Assembly: GCA_964247055.1 (NCBI GenBank)
Contig: OZ176052.1
Location: 10,726,001 to 10,790,000, forward strand
DNA from: Paragordius varius
Lineage: Eukaryota; Animalia; Nematomorpha
Direction: 5' to 3'
Length of the DNA stretch: 64,000 nt
Program-made: the position numbers and the translations under genes
Shown: in pieces, positions 11,953-39,427 of the stretch
How positions within the stretch are numbered: the first letter of the stretch is position 1
Layout of the letters: the number at the start of each line of letters is the position of its first letter
The notes under the pieces: model-generated
Seen by the model: only the letters and a program-made list of their open reading frames with translations
Told to the model about the DNA's origin: nothing
Database searches by the model: none

Positions 11953-14566
11953 ATGGATTATGTAACCAACATAAAACCAGATTTTGCGATTTCATGTACA
12001 AAAAACTCTTTTCAATCCCTGATAATGAATTTTTAATTTTAATGGGTGATTTTAAAGCCCATTTTGGGAAGCAATACATTGCCGATATTCACGATGGTTA
12101 TGGAACTGACGATGTAAATGACAACGGATCACGTTTGATCGATTTTTTACAAAAGAGTGATTTAACAATAATAAACACTTTTTGTAAAAAACGGAATAAT
12201 CATTAAATGAGCTTGTAAACCAAAATCTATGATTGTTCCTGACAAAGAAATAGCACAGAAAACATTTCACTGTTAAAACAATATACGAACTACAGTTAAA
12301 CCACAAACTGATAGTCTTAGAAACAACCATAGCAAGTCTTACTAAAATCTCCAGAAGACAGAATCATCAGAAGATCTGACATAAGATGTTTAACTATAAA
12401 AAACTCACAGATGACACACAGAAAACGGCCAAATTTAAATCATCCATAACTGAAAAATTGGAAAATTTTTTAATCTCAGGCCCAACTTGGGAAAATATAT
12501 AAAACACTTATATCCATACAGTTGTATGTCTGGTGGGGAGGAAAAAAACAAATAAAGGTCATCCAAAAAATATCAATTCTGGTGGAATAGTGAAAAAGCA
12601 TATTAAACAGAAAAATTTGGCACATAAAATTTGGTTTAAGGTAAAGACACCGTTAAATAGAAAAATGTATCTAGAATCCAAAAGTTTATGTCGAAAAATT
12701 ATCAGGGAAGCCAAAAATGAAGAAGCTCTAAAGTATGCGACAGAAATCGATATAAAAACTAAAAACAAAATTGTATATAAATGGGCTAAAAGAAATAATA
12801 ATAATAATAACACATCCGCACCCAAATCAGTGAGAGTAAACAATGCAATAATAAATGATCCAGCTATTGTTAACAGCTAACATAACTACTTTTCAGAAAT
12901 TTTAAACCTAAAAAGATCCCATTACTACTTCTATCAAGTCAACACCTACTCAAAGCTGTGCTGAAAACCTAACAGAATCAGATATCCATACCGCTTTACT
13001 CAAAATGAAATATAAAAAACTCCCTGGCCCTTCGGAGCTCACGGTCGACATGCTTAAACTGACAGACTCTCAGATTATCGACTCATATCTAACAACTTTA
13101 TTTAACAATATAATAAAGGACGAAAAAATCCCTCCTGACTGGGAAAACAGTCATATAATTCCCATATACAAAAAACCCCCTCCTGCCCAAATCCTACCGT
13201 CTAATAAAGTTATTAGATCACACTATGAAAGTATATGAAAAAGTAATTCTCTCCAAAATCCTACCCAAATTGCATTTAAACGAAAAGCAATGCGGGTTCC
13301 GGCCAAATAAAAGTACAATAGATGCCATATTCGCGCTAAGACAACTTCAAAGCGCATACATCAAAAAATCTCCTTTATACTACGCTTTTCTTGACATGGA
13401 ACGAGCCTTTGATGCCATTCCAAGAGATCTTATACCATGGGCTCTTAGGCGTCAAGGCATTGACGAATGGTTGATAACCTCAATAATGCTCTTATACCGA
13501 AATATTAGAGCTCAAATTAAAACTCCGTTTGGACTAAGTAAAAGTTTTTTAATAAAAAATGGACTCCACCAAGGATCCATATTAAGCCCGACCCTTTCAA
13601 TGTCATTATGGAAGAAATAACTAAAGACATCGCAATCGGCATGCCATACCAAATATATGCCGATGATCTCGTAATAACATCGACATCCGAAAGCGATCTC
13701 ATAGCGAAAATTCGTTTGTGGAATGACACCCTACAAAGTTACGGACTTAAAGTCAATTCCTCCAAAACTAACATAATGTCTGATAATTACACCTCTAAAA
13801 ACCCGTGCAGCATATGTAAAAAAGAAGTTAAATCAAACTCCGTACTCTGTAATTCTTGTTTTCTATGGGTACATAAAAATAGTAATAGTCTCAAAACTCT
13901 AAATGAATACGATAAATATAAATGCTGGGGATGTTTGAATAATAATAATAATATGAATTTAACAATCAACTCAATTTCCAACCTTTGCTACTTGGGCGAT
14001 ATGATATCAGCCGGTGGCGGAATAGAACATGCAACTAAACATCGCATATCACAAATGTCGAAAAAATACCATTCGTTAAAATTAATAATAAATTGTCAAA
14101 CTACAAACTAAGTGTGCCATTTACATAACAGCCATTCGTCCCGTTTCCACATACGGATCCGAATCCTGGCCAATGTCAAAAACAAATGAATCCAAACTCA
14201 TAAACGCTGATTATTGAAAACAATATGATTCGCACGCAATCCATTTAAATTCAATTATACAGAACCCATAAACCCGTACCATATACTCAATTTCAACCCC
14301 ATCAACAACGTCATCAGAAATCTCCAGTTACAATAAGCTGGACATGTTGAAAGACGGCAAGATACCCTATTTCTTAAAATTATGAAAAATTACTCGGTTT
14401 AACTACCTGCGAAATCCGGCCGACCGCATACCTCATGGCTCAACACAACAAGAAAAAACCTCGAATCGCTTAATTAAAATCTAAAATTAGCCAGATCAAG
14501 AAAAGACTGGAAAAAACGGGTGTACCGTCATTTAATGGCAAATCCCCATACAAATAAATGAATGAA
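11953..14566 (+). mobile_element. 5'-truncated, degenerate non-LTR retrotransposon (RTE/RTE-X-like LINE)
   Basis: Endonuclease remnant LILMGDFKAHFG..NDNGSRLIDF..IINTF. RT motifs PGPS, IPIYKK, QCGFRPNKSTIDAIFALRQLQ, FLDMERAFD, GLHQGSILSP, YADDL, YLGDMI. Cys cluster PCSIC..CNSC..WVH..CWGC. (AATG)-type tail. Flanking repeat tttaattatg(a/c)caaa at 11938-11952 and 14567-14581. Multiple stops and frameshifts. Confidence 0.92.
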
Positions 14567-15243
14567 TTTAATTATGCCAAATTAAGCGATAAGATATATG
14601 TATTTATAAATCAATTCACTATAATTATTGTTATAATAAATTTTTCATGTTCATATATAGATAAATACACAACACAAATTATATAAATAATATATTAGTT
14701 AAATTAATAATAATGCGTGTTATTACTAAGTGAATTATTTCAAAAATTTTGATCGTTTGAGCATAAAACTTTTTAACAACATTTAAAATTAATTTTTGCA
14801 GTTTTTAGTCACAATCATCTGATAAATAAGGGCTATCAGTGAAAAATGGAATGATTTGTTAACTTATGGGGGGAGGAGGGGGATTAACAGTTAAAAATGA
14901 AAGAATATAGACAAAAACGTAAAACCTAAAAGACAAATATTTTTTGAAAAGTCAAAACCACATACTTTTTTAAATTTTATAAACAATATTTATCAATATA
15001 ATTAAGTACGTTACTAATATATCTTTATCCTCTATATCGCATCTCAAAACAATGATCTTTTCACAAAAATTGTATGGTCCTTAAAAAATATTTGGCTTTT
15101 TGTTTTTGCGTTTTGTCTGTATAATTATAATTTACTGTATAATATATTTATACGCGATAAAAATTTGAATTATAAAAAGAAAACGTAACAAAAAGACATA
15201 TGTTTGTCCTGAAGTTTTTACAATTTGTCTTTATAAATTAAAT

Positions 15244-28200
<12,957 letters not shown>

Positions 28201-28659
28201 ATGAATACAACGCCCTTATTTTTATGCAAACATTTCACATCTGATCATCCAAAAATATAAACAAAATCAAAAATATATTATTTATTTTGTTTCAATCATC
28301 TTTTTGATACACGGCTTTTAATAGTCATCATTTTTTTGTTTAAATTTACCCAGATTTAGTGTAAATACTCCAAAAATCTACCATTTAGATTTGAATCGAA
28401 AAATCTGATAATATATATATTATATATGTGGTAGAATTATATATCATGTTTTCTTATATTTATATCATATACTTTTTAAATTAAATAAATTATGTGCAAT
28501 AAACATAATAATAATAAAATTTTAGCAGAGATCTTCCTAAAGCGTTTTAACTACTATACATATGTTGATAAACAATTTACTCGATTTGTGCCTGTAAAAA
28601 TTTCTATTGCCCCTTTGTTATTCGCTTCCAAATCATATATATTACTTAAACTTTTTAAC

Positions 28660-28933
28660 ATAGGCGACAAAAGACAAGGGTATATAAAATGTGCAATAGG
28701 GAAATGTATGGCCATAAAATTGATGTAGCAAAACGTTTCCCGTAAAGTTTTGATAGACTCGATTCTTTGTTTGAAATAGCATTTTTCACTTAATATAAAT
28801 AGAGAGCGGGGATAACATTTACTTATCATTATCACTTCGTGATCTTTTGGGGATTTTACACTTTTAGGCGCGAAACAATTTTTTTCTGTAAAATTGTAAA
28901 AAAATCTTCATCTCAGAATTTTTCGTCGCCTAT
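28660..28933. repeat. Short inverted-repeat pair, possible MITE, upstream of GAK
   Basis: ataggcgacaaaa (28660-28672) versus the reverse complement of ttttcgtcgcctat (28920-28933), 12/13 match. No TSD recognised. Confidence 0.3.
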
Positions 28934-29485
28934 TTTTCCTATCAATAAAATACGCAACTGTGTAGTGTGAATAAAAAATTTTAATAATTAATTTTGGAAA
29001 GCTTTTAAACTGTAATTTACCACTAAATTTTTGATATTTATCGATTTTAATATCAACTGTTCGTTTCCAACTTTTGGATTTATCTGAATTCCAGACTCTA
29101 GAAACTAAAAAACTGTAAAAATCATGAGTAATTTTATCTAATACAGGAGAAGTGGGTTGAATAATTAAATTTTGCCAAAAAATCTTAAAACACTATTTTG
29201 TTTACTATTTTAATATCTGGGTCACAAACTACCGCAAAATGTCGTCGCGGACAAAAAAATTAAAATGTAATACAATGTTAGATTTATATAGTTTCATAGA
29301 TTTTCCGAAAATTGGCTAATAGGGTTATGTATTTAACATAATGTGGGGTCCCCTATCGATTGGCAATATAGAAAAAACGCTGGAACTTTTACTTTTCTAC
29401 AAACACTACCTGCAACCATGATGTATATTACATGATCTCATAGCTCATCCGTATGGTTGCTTCAAAGCCACATTGGGTTAGTTAA

Positions 29486-30050
29486 CACTTGGATACAACA
29501 CATCATTTTAGTCCTTCGATTCAAATTGGGCTAGTTAAATACTCCAGGCCTGTTTAAAATTAAATTCTTTAAAAACATGGAAGGAATCGAAACCATAGCA
29601 AAATTTTGCACTTATATAACATTTAACCGAAATATATAAAATTTATTCAAAAATACTTGATATTACTTATTTGAAGCTAAAAACGAAAGGTAAAAATTTA
29701 GTCAACGTGACATGTGTGCAGTAGTAAAATTGAAAAATAATACAAAATAAACCGCTTTTTCTTTTTCTATCAATGTTAGATATAATTTATATAAAAATTA
29801 GCTTTAATTTTACCCTTAAAATTAAATGGAGGCGATATTTTGCAAAAATTTTGAAAAATAAAAATGGCGTCGAGAGATAGTTTGACATGGAACTTTTTTT
29901 TCAAAACAAAATTTTAATTAAATATTTTGGCATACTATATATAATTTTTATTAGAATAGAAGCATAAATTTAAATTGGGACCGTTTCCTTCAGTAGTTTT
30001 TTAAAAATCCTAGTCTGGGGTATTTAGAGACCCCAATTTGAATCGAAGTG
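29486..30050 (+). mobile_element. piggyBac-type non-autonomous element (565 bp, intact)
   Basis: TTAA on both sides; termini CACTT...AAGTG. The right-end sequence pairs with an internal left segment (cttcgattcaaattggg) about 27 bp from the left tip, the asymmetric end architecture typical of piggyBac. Confidence 0.85.
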
Positions 30051-31027
30051 TTAAAAAAACCATGAGCCCTACTTAAAAGTTGTATAAAAAAGAGTGAAAC
30101 TAAATTTTTTATTATTACGCGGGGAATAACTAAAACCTTTTCTTTATATAGTCTAAATATATCATTATTCTTTTAATTCCAAGTAATTTTATATGACATC
30201 GCATTATACAGAGGTGCAGCACTACCCAATGGGTAATAGAAAAAATGTAGGGCAAAACTTTTGACTTTACGGGAATACCTAATATTGATTTTAAATAGCC
30301 ATCGCGGGAATCGCTTCAAAAGTTTGTACTTTGTTTTTTTGCAAAAAAAATCATGAAGGAGAGCGGAAAAATACATGGGCTAATATTCAATAATGTGGAT
30401 TTACTATATTCGTTACATTCGGAAAAAAAGTATTTATTATCCAATTTGAATAGGCTACATCTTTTACGGAAAATTGTCTCAAAGACAGGATTTTTGGTTT
30501 AAAACTTAGAAAGCTAGAAGAATTATTTTAAATCCAAAAACTATATCATGATCAACATGATCTATTTAATTTATAGGCGCTTAATTAAAAATCCATAAGG
30601 ATCATTATAAGAGGGTCTACTGCACAAATTATTTGATTGGAAATTACTTCAGTATTGATAAGACTTCATTAAATTTAATATTTCCAATACTTAAAATTTT
30701 CAAAGATAAAATGTATTTTTGGAAAATAATTTTAATCCAATCTTATATTTAGTTTGATAGTCATTCACCTGATTATGCCCCTGATAATGACGTCTAACCT
30801 TTTTATTAAAAAATGATGATTCCCAAACCCAAAATTTTTTACATACAAATATATAAATATATATATTGAGTCGATAATATGACCCTAGAAAACAGTGTAC
30901 TAAATTTTTATTAAATCCATTTTTGTGCATGCAATATAAAATATTCACATATATTTAATGGTGGTTAATTTAGTGATAAAAAATGATAAAATCTTTTGTT
31001 CATGATAGAAGCGTTACACGTGTTGAT

Positions 31028-31900
31028 TTACATTTTTATATGGATGACACGACCCTTATTATTGGTCAATTTCATGCACTTTTTCGATGAAGATGATGAA
31101 CTTGATTCCGATTTCTCTTTGGATTTTTCCTCTTTCTCCTTTTTTTTCTCTTCCTCGTATTTCTTTTTTGCCATTTCTTTTTTCTTATGTTTCTGTATTA
31201 AAATATATTTATTTGATTGGGTTTAATTCATTATAATTTTGAATATAATTTGTTTACAGTATGATTAAATATACATTACTAGATTTAAATTAGAATATGC
31301 ATTTTAATGGTTGCTAATTTCACATTATAGTTGGGTGATTGCAACACAGTAGTGTATGGAAAAAACAACAAAATGTTGAATAAACAATATTTTTTCTTTC
31401 TTTTTTTCATACATTACTGTGTTGCCAATTGCCCAACTATAGTGTGAAATAAGCAATCATAAAAATGCATACTGTATATAATGTCAGATAACACTTTTAT
31501 GCCATTAATATCGCCTTTGTTTTATGGCTATCTAGCAATAATAACTAATGAAACTAGCCATGTATAATTAATCATACTGTAATATTCATATAATTTTATA
31601 AAAATTGATTTATAAAAATATAAGTAAAAAGACCTTAATAATAATCACCTTTTCCTTTTCTTCTTCACTTTCTCTCCTACGCCGTTTTTTAAGAATTATA
31701 ACATCTCTTTTATTTTTTCCAATCGCTAAATCACCATCAATTCCATTTATAAAAGCGGGCATCAGCGAGTTTTCCTCCTGAATTTTGCTTGTTGCTAAGC
31801 TTCGCCCTTGCACACGTTTTAAGGGAGTTAAGAACAACAAAATCTAATATATGGAGAATAAAAAAACGAAATCGTATCAGAGTTGCTTATGTACGAACAT
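31028..31900 (-). CDS. Small orphan protein, probably secreted: short hydrophobic leader, KNKR/KKRRRR basic sites, Lys/Glu-rich tail
   Basis: Exon 31843-31649 (65 codons, AG/GT flanked, phase 0) joins exon 31192-31028 (KHKKKEMAKKKYEEEKKKEKEEK..SSSSSSKKCMKLTNNKGRVIHIKM*). The first exon is uncertain (ATG at 31900 or 31913). No family recognised. Confidence 0.55.
31296..31471 (+). ncRNA. Long hairpin (70-bp arms, ~35-nt loop); candidate hairpin RNA/miRNA precursor or palindromic MITE
   Basis: 31296-31365 is the near reverse complement of 31401-31471, with 6 transitions, 2 A/T differences and 1 indel. All 6 transitions form G-U pairs on the + strand. Confidence 0.45.
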
Positions 31901-31978
31901 ATTTTTTTTCCATTTGCTAATTATTAAATCTTTATTTTGCTGTATTACGGGTTAAAATTGAACTTTTTTATTAATATA

Positions 31979-32220
31979 CCATTAACACCTCAAATTCACT
32001 CTTGAACAATTCAAATTCAACCCCTAATGATTCAAGTTCACCTTAAAATAAATTATTTGTTTTTTAAAATTAAAAAAACCTATATATATATTCTGTTTAA
32101 GCAATTTTGTTTAAATAATACTTAAAAAATAATAAATCACTCCATAAAGATATATTTTATATTAATGATTAGCCCGAAAACACATAATTTATTTTTGGGG
32201 TGAATTTGAATTGTAAATGG
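31979..32220. mobile_element. MITE of the CCATTT-ended, 21-bp-unit family (copy 2)
   Basis: TATA|CCATTAAC...GTAAATGG|TATA, with about three 21-bp-period units in the left arm; interior similar to 1661-1864. Confidence 0.82.
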
Positions 32221-33082
32221 TATATATTAAACAGTATTATTGGATATAAAGGTATTAATTTGGTGAATAGAGAAAAATTAAAGAAGATATGTGAGGTTAG
32301 ATTATTTTTCTAGTTGAATTGATAATATAATGTCATTTAGACAAGTTTATAATTTTTGATATTTAAGTCTCTATTCATCATTTAAAATACCCTTATAACC
32401 AAGAATATTTCGAAAGTTTAGTTGCAGTTATATTTTATTTCAAAAATTTTGTAATTCTATTTTTATAAATTCTGTAATGAAAAAATGATTAAAAGCAATT
32501 TTAAAATATTTTAAACAATTAAAACAAATAACAGGGGTATTTACCAATATAATCTTTATAGAATTTTTCAGCATTGTTCCGATTTTAAAAAAATTTGTAA
32601 AATTCAAAAATATTATTCTATAACTATTAATTTCGTATTTATATACCTTGTGAAACTGCCTGAGTGTTATTTTTGGCTAAAATATTTCCATTAGTTAAAT
32701 CAATTTTAATATTTTTTACCTTTAAGTTTGATATTGAATAAAAAAACCAATTTCCCATTGTCATATTGTTGAAAAAATAGTGGCACATTTCCTAAAAATC
32801 CTTTATTACCGTTTTTACAATTAATTAAAAGTTGTGTTTGTGTGCAAAATTATTGCTTCAGGAAACAACATTTTAAATAAAAAGCACAATATATAGACAA
32901 AGATAAATATCTTTTTGTAATTAATAAAATGTAAAAAGTCAAGTTAATTTGATGAAACAAATAAATATATTTTAGTTTTTTTCCTAATTTTTAAATCATA
33001 TACTCGGGGTAAATTTAAGGAATTTCAACATCCAGTTGACGGGTAAAATATTGATGAATTTGCTAGCTGGTACCATATTATA

Positions 33083-33894
33083 CCATTTGCATTTCAAGAG
33101 TGTCCTTGAATACTTCAAGTTGGTCTTAAACAGTAGAATTTGGTCCTTGAACAGTTCAAGTTGGTCCTTGAATAGTTCAAGTTGGTCCTTGAACAGTTCA
33201 AGTTGGTCCATGAACATTTCAAATTGGTCCTTGAACACTTTAAGTTGGTCCTTTGACTTTTTTGTTTTGTTTTTAACTTTTATCAATCAAATCGTAAATA
33301 ATTCATCTATTTTATTGTTTTAACCTATTTTCTATTATTTAACATAAATTTTAAATTGATATCAACTTTAAATCTTTGAGAAACCGTTTATCTTTATTAA
33401 TTTCTTAAAATAATTTTGGATATTTATAAGATTTTAACATGAAATGAAAAAATATGTAAGTTTTCTGGGTTATTAATTAAAATTTTTCATTAAAAACCTT
33501 TAAAAGTCAATAATTTTGTTCAATTGAAAAAAAAAGTTTGAAACAAAAAAGTGGTTTTTAAATAAAAATTTTTATTTTTAAATGAATAAATATATAATAA
33601 ATAAAGAAAATTAGGTTAATAAATAATAAAATAAAAAAATAAATGCAAAAATTATGGTTAAATCAAAATCTATAAATTTTAGGGACCAACTTGAAGTGTT
33701 CAAGGACCAACATGAATTGTTCAAGGACCAACTTAAACTGTTCAAGGACCAACTTGAACTATTCAAGGACCAACTTGAACTGTTCAAGGACCAACTTGAG
33801 CTGTTCAAGGACCAACTTGAACTGTTCAAGGACCAACTTGAGCTGTTCAAGGACCAACTTGAAGTGTTCAAGGACACTCTTGAAGTGCAAATGA
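33083..33894. mobile_element. Foldback element whose inverted arms are tandem 21-bp repeats
   Basis: TATA|CCATTTGCA...TGCAAATGA|TATA. Left arm ~7.5 units (33095-33250), right arm ~10 units (33682-33885) of GGACCAACTTGAACTGTTCAA, with an AT-rich spacer and no transposase. Confidence 0.88.
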
Positions 33895-34929
33895 TATATT
33901 CTACAACTTTTTATTTATCATAATTTGCAATTTTTTTCGCTTTAATTGATATATTTTTAAATCCGCTCAAACGTGTAAAATAATCCCGATTATAAAATAT
34001 ACTATAAATAAATCTTCAATAGGGTTAATTAAAAATAATTGACCAATATGAAAAAACAAACGAGATTTTAACAACCTTCTTTAGTTGTGCTATGTCATTT
34101 GACGTGTTACAGTCAGCAAATGATAAAAAAAATTAAAATTGGCCTGTATTACTTATAGTATCTTACATCAGAAACATTGAAATTAATGGTAAAATATTTT
34201 CATTTTGATAGCGGAAGTAAATTTCAATAATAATGAATGATAAGTTTGCTAATATAAAAACGTTTGCGACCCGCGAAAAATTTGGAAATCGCCAAATAGA
34301 TACGAAATTCATAATTTGCAACAATAGGCTCACCAAAGCAAAATTGATATTTCTTGAACTAATTTTTGAATACTTTCAAATTGGCAACTAGCTAGCAAAA
34401 ATTTATGAAATAAGCAGTTATATATGTTGGCAATCTTTTTACAGTCTTGTGTTAAAAGTTTAATAAAATAATTATATTAATACCGATATATTTTTTGGAT
34501 TCGGCGTACAAATTCATTTGTGTTGCATACCCGGTCCACTCCTGGTTGTTTTTCCATTCTACCTCTTTAAACTCCGTAGGAATATATTTGGACAAAGAGA
34601 TTAATAACTGCACATAATTGGATTTAGATATGATTAAGACACAATTTTAAATGTTCTTTTAAAAACAGTAATTAAAACTGATGAGGATTAGCTCAAGAGA
34701 TATAAAACCAGGTTTTATTATAGAATATGAATGGTTTTATATATTTCCTAAAAAAAATTCTAAACCAACATCCATTTTATATTCTAATAGGAAAGCTCGT
34801 TTACCGTCATTATTTAATTGTAATGGTTATCAAAAAATTTGGATTTTTATTTAAAATCCATCAAAAAATGATTTTTCACTAATATATATGTATATACATT
34901 TAAAATTAAGATATTAATAAAAGTTTCAT

Positions 34930-37733
<2,804 letters not shown>

Positions 37734-38297
37734 AATTAACAGTATTAATTGATAAATAAAAATAAAAGTCCTCTCATTACGTAATATAACCACCTATATC
37801 ATATCATTTTTACGATTTAGAGTAAGTGTTGCATATATAACTTCAAAGTACCTGTTGATAAAAAATTTATTAATGTTATAATGAAAACAATAATTGTTTA
37901 TGTTTGTTTACGCATTTTCTAAGGAAATACTTTACTGATTCATAAAATTTCATATATTAAGAGCTATGGCGAAACTATGCTCTGACACAAACAAATATTG
38001 AAATCGATTCAAAAGTTTTAATTCTTTATTTTTTGTTTTAAATTTAAATTAGTCGGGAACATTTTAATTTCACCTTTAAACATTCCAATTTCATCTTAAT
38101 ACTTTAAATATGTGTTTTTGGGCTGATCCTGCTCATTATTGATTTAAAATACTTCTTTATGGCAACTTTCAATATTATGTTAATTTTAAACAAAAATAAA
38201 TTTTTTAATAAGTATAATAAGTAATCTTTAATTTTCAAAGACACAAATTAATGTTTAAGGTCAATTAGAAATGTTAAAATGTGAATTAGGAATAGTC

Positions 38298-38343
38298 GAG
38301 GGTGGTTTCGAATTGTTCTAGGGTGAACTTGAGGTGTTGTAAA
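38298..38343. repeat. Diverged solo end of the 21-bp-unit MITE family
   Basis: gagggtggtttcgaattgttctagggtgaacttgaggtgttgtaaa aligns with the reverse complement of the left arm of the 31979 copy. Confidence 0.5.
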
Positions 38344-39427
38344 CTTTGCATAATTAAATAAGGGCTAATTACTAACACAATTACCAACGGTTGTTATTCA
38401 ATTATAGCTTCACGGGGTCTAACTCGCACATAAAATATAAAACTGTAATAATTTTTTTTGGCAAAATGACTATGGAATACGCAAGTTTTACAATAAAATG
38501 TTAATTTGATATGAAAAAATATAGTTATTTTTAAATTTTAAAACATATGTTGGAAAGTTAATTTTTTGAATTTAACAATTTTTTTAAGTCTTCCGCTAAA
38601 ATTAATAGTTATGTTTTGCAAAATCAGCCAATTAAAATTAGTGGTTATTTTGTTTATATAAAAATCCTACATCAAAATTCCACCTACCGAGTAGTTTGTA
38701 AATAAAGATCGATTATCTACCCATAATATATAATCGCGGATTGCAAAGCCATTCAAGCTCGGAACCTCTGATCTAAATGACCTTTTTTCTCCCTTAAAAT
38801 ATAATCTACCATATAAATGTCCGAATCAATCATAATTTCGTCCTTTTAATTAAACACCCCCAAAGAAAATTAATTACAATAAATTATTTTTTCCATTTCA
38901 AGGTTTTATTAAAAATAGTTTTAGATTCATAACAATAACACTTAAATATTTAAAATTTACAAGTTTCAATCTAAAAACAATCCATTACTATGAATAAATT
39001 GAATTTTACAATATAAATATTGATACATTAGCACCTCATCAATACTATAAAAAATAAGATAAAAACATAACGATAATTACTTTGTTCAATTGTCCATACA
39101 AAATTGTAGTTTTGCGTGTGCCAAAATTACCTCAAAAATTGTGACGCAGTTATAACTCTAGTTAGATTATCCTATATGAAAGATACTGACCACACATACG
39201 TATTTTTTGTGAGCTACATAAAAAATTACCTGTAAATTACTTTATTTTACATTTCAATGAATATAAAACACTGTTTCCTTTCCAGATTTTCAAGGTCAAC
39301 GCTATTGAAAAACAAATAGCCTTACAGAATATAATTTAGCCATAAACAGATACAAGCAGATATAAAGTCCAGTGTACATCAATGATATTTCATTTTTAAT
39401 ATTTCTATATTTGAGACAACTAATATC

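Noticed and set aside
33095-33885. Regular 21-bp repeats resembling a CRISPR array
   Set aside because: The units are directly tandem with no unique spacers, form inverted arms, and lie in a eukaryotic genome with no cas genes.
33691-33894. Alternative-frame ORFs (CSRTNLN)n and (LNSSSWS)n
   Set aside because: These are automatic consequences of a stop-free 21-nt tandem repeat; there is no independent coding evidence.
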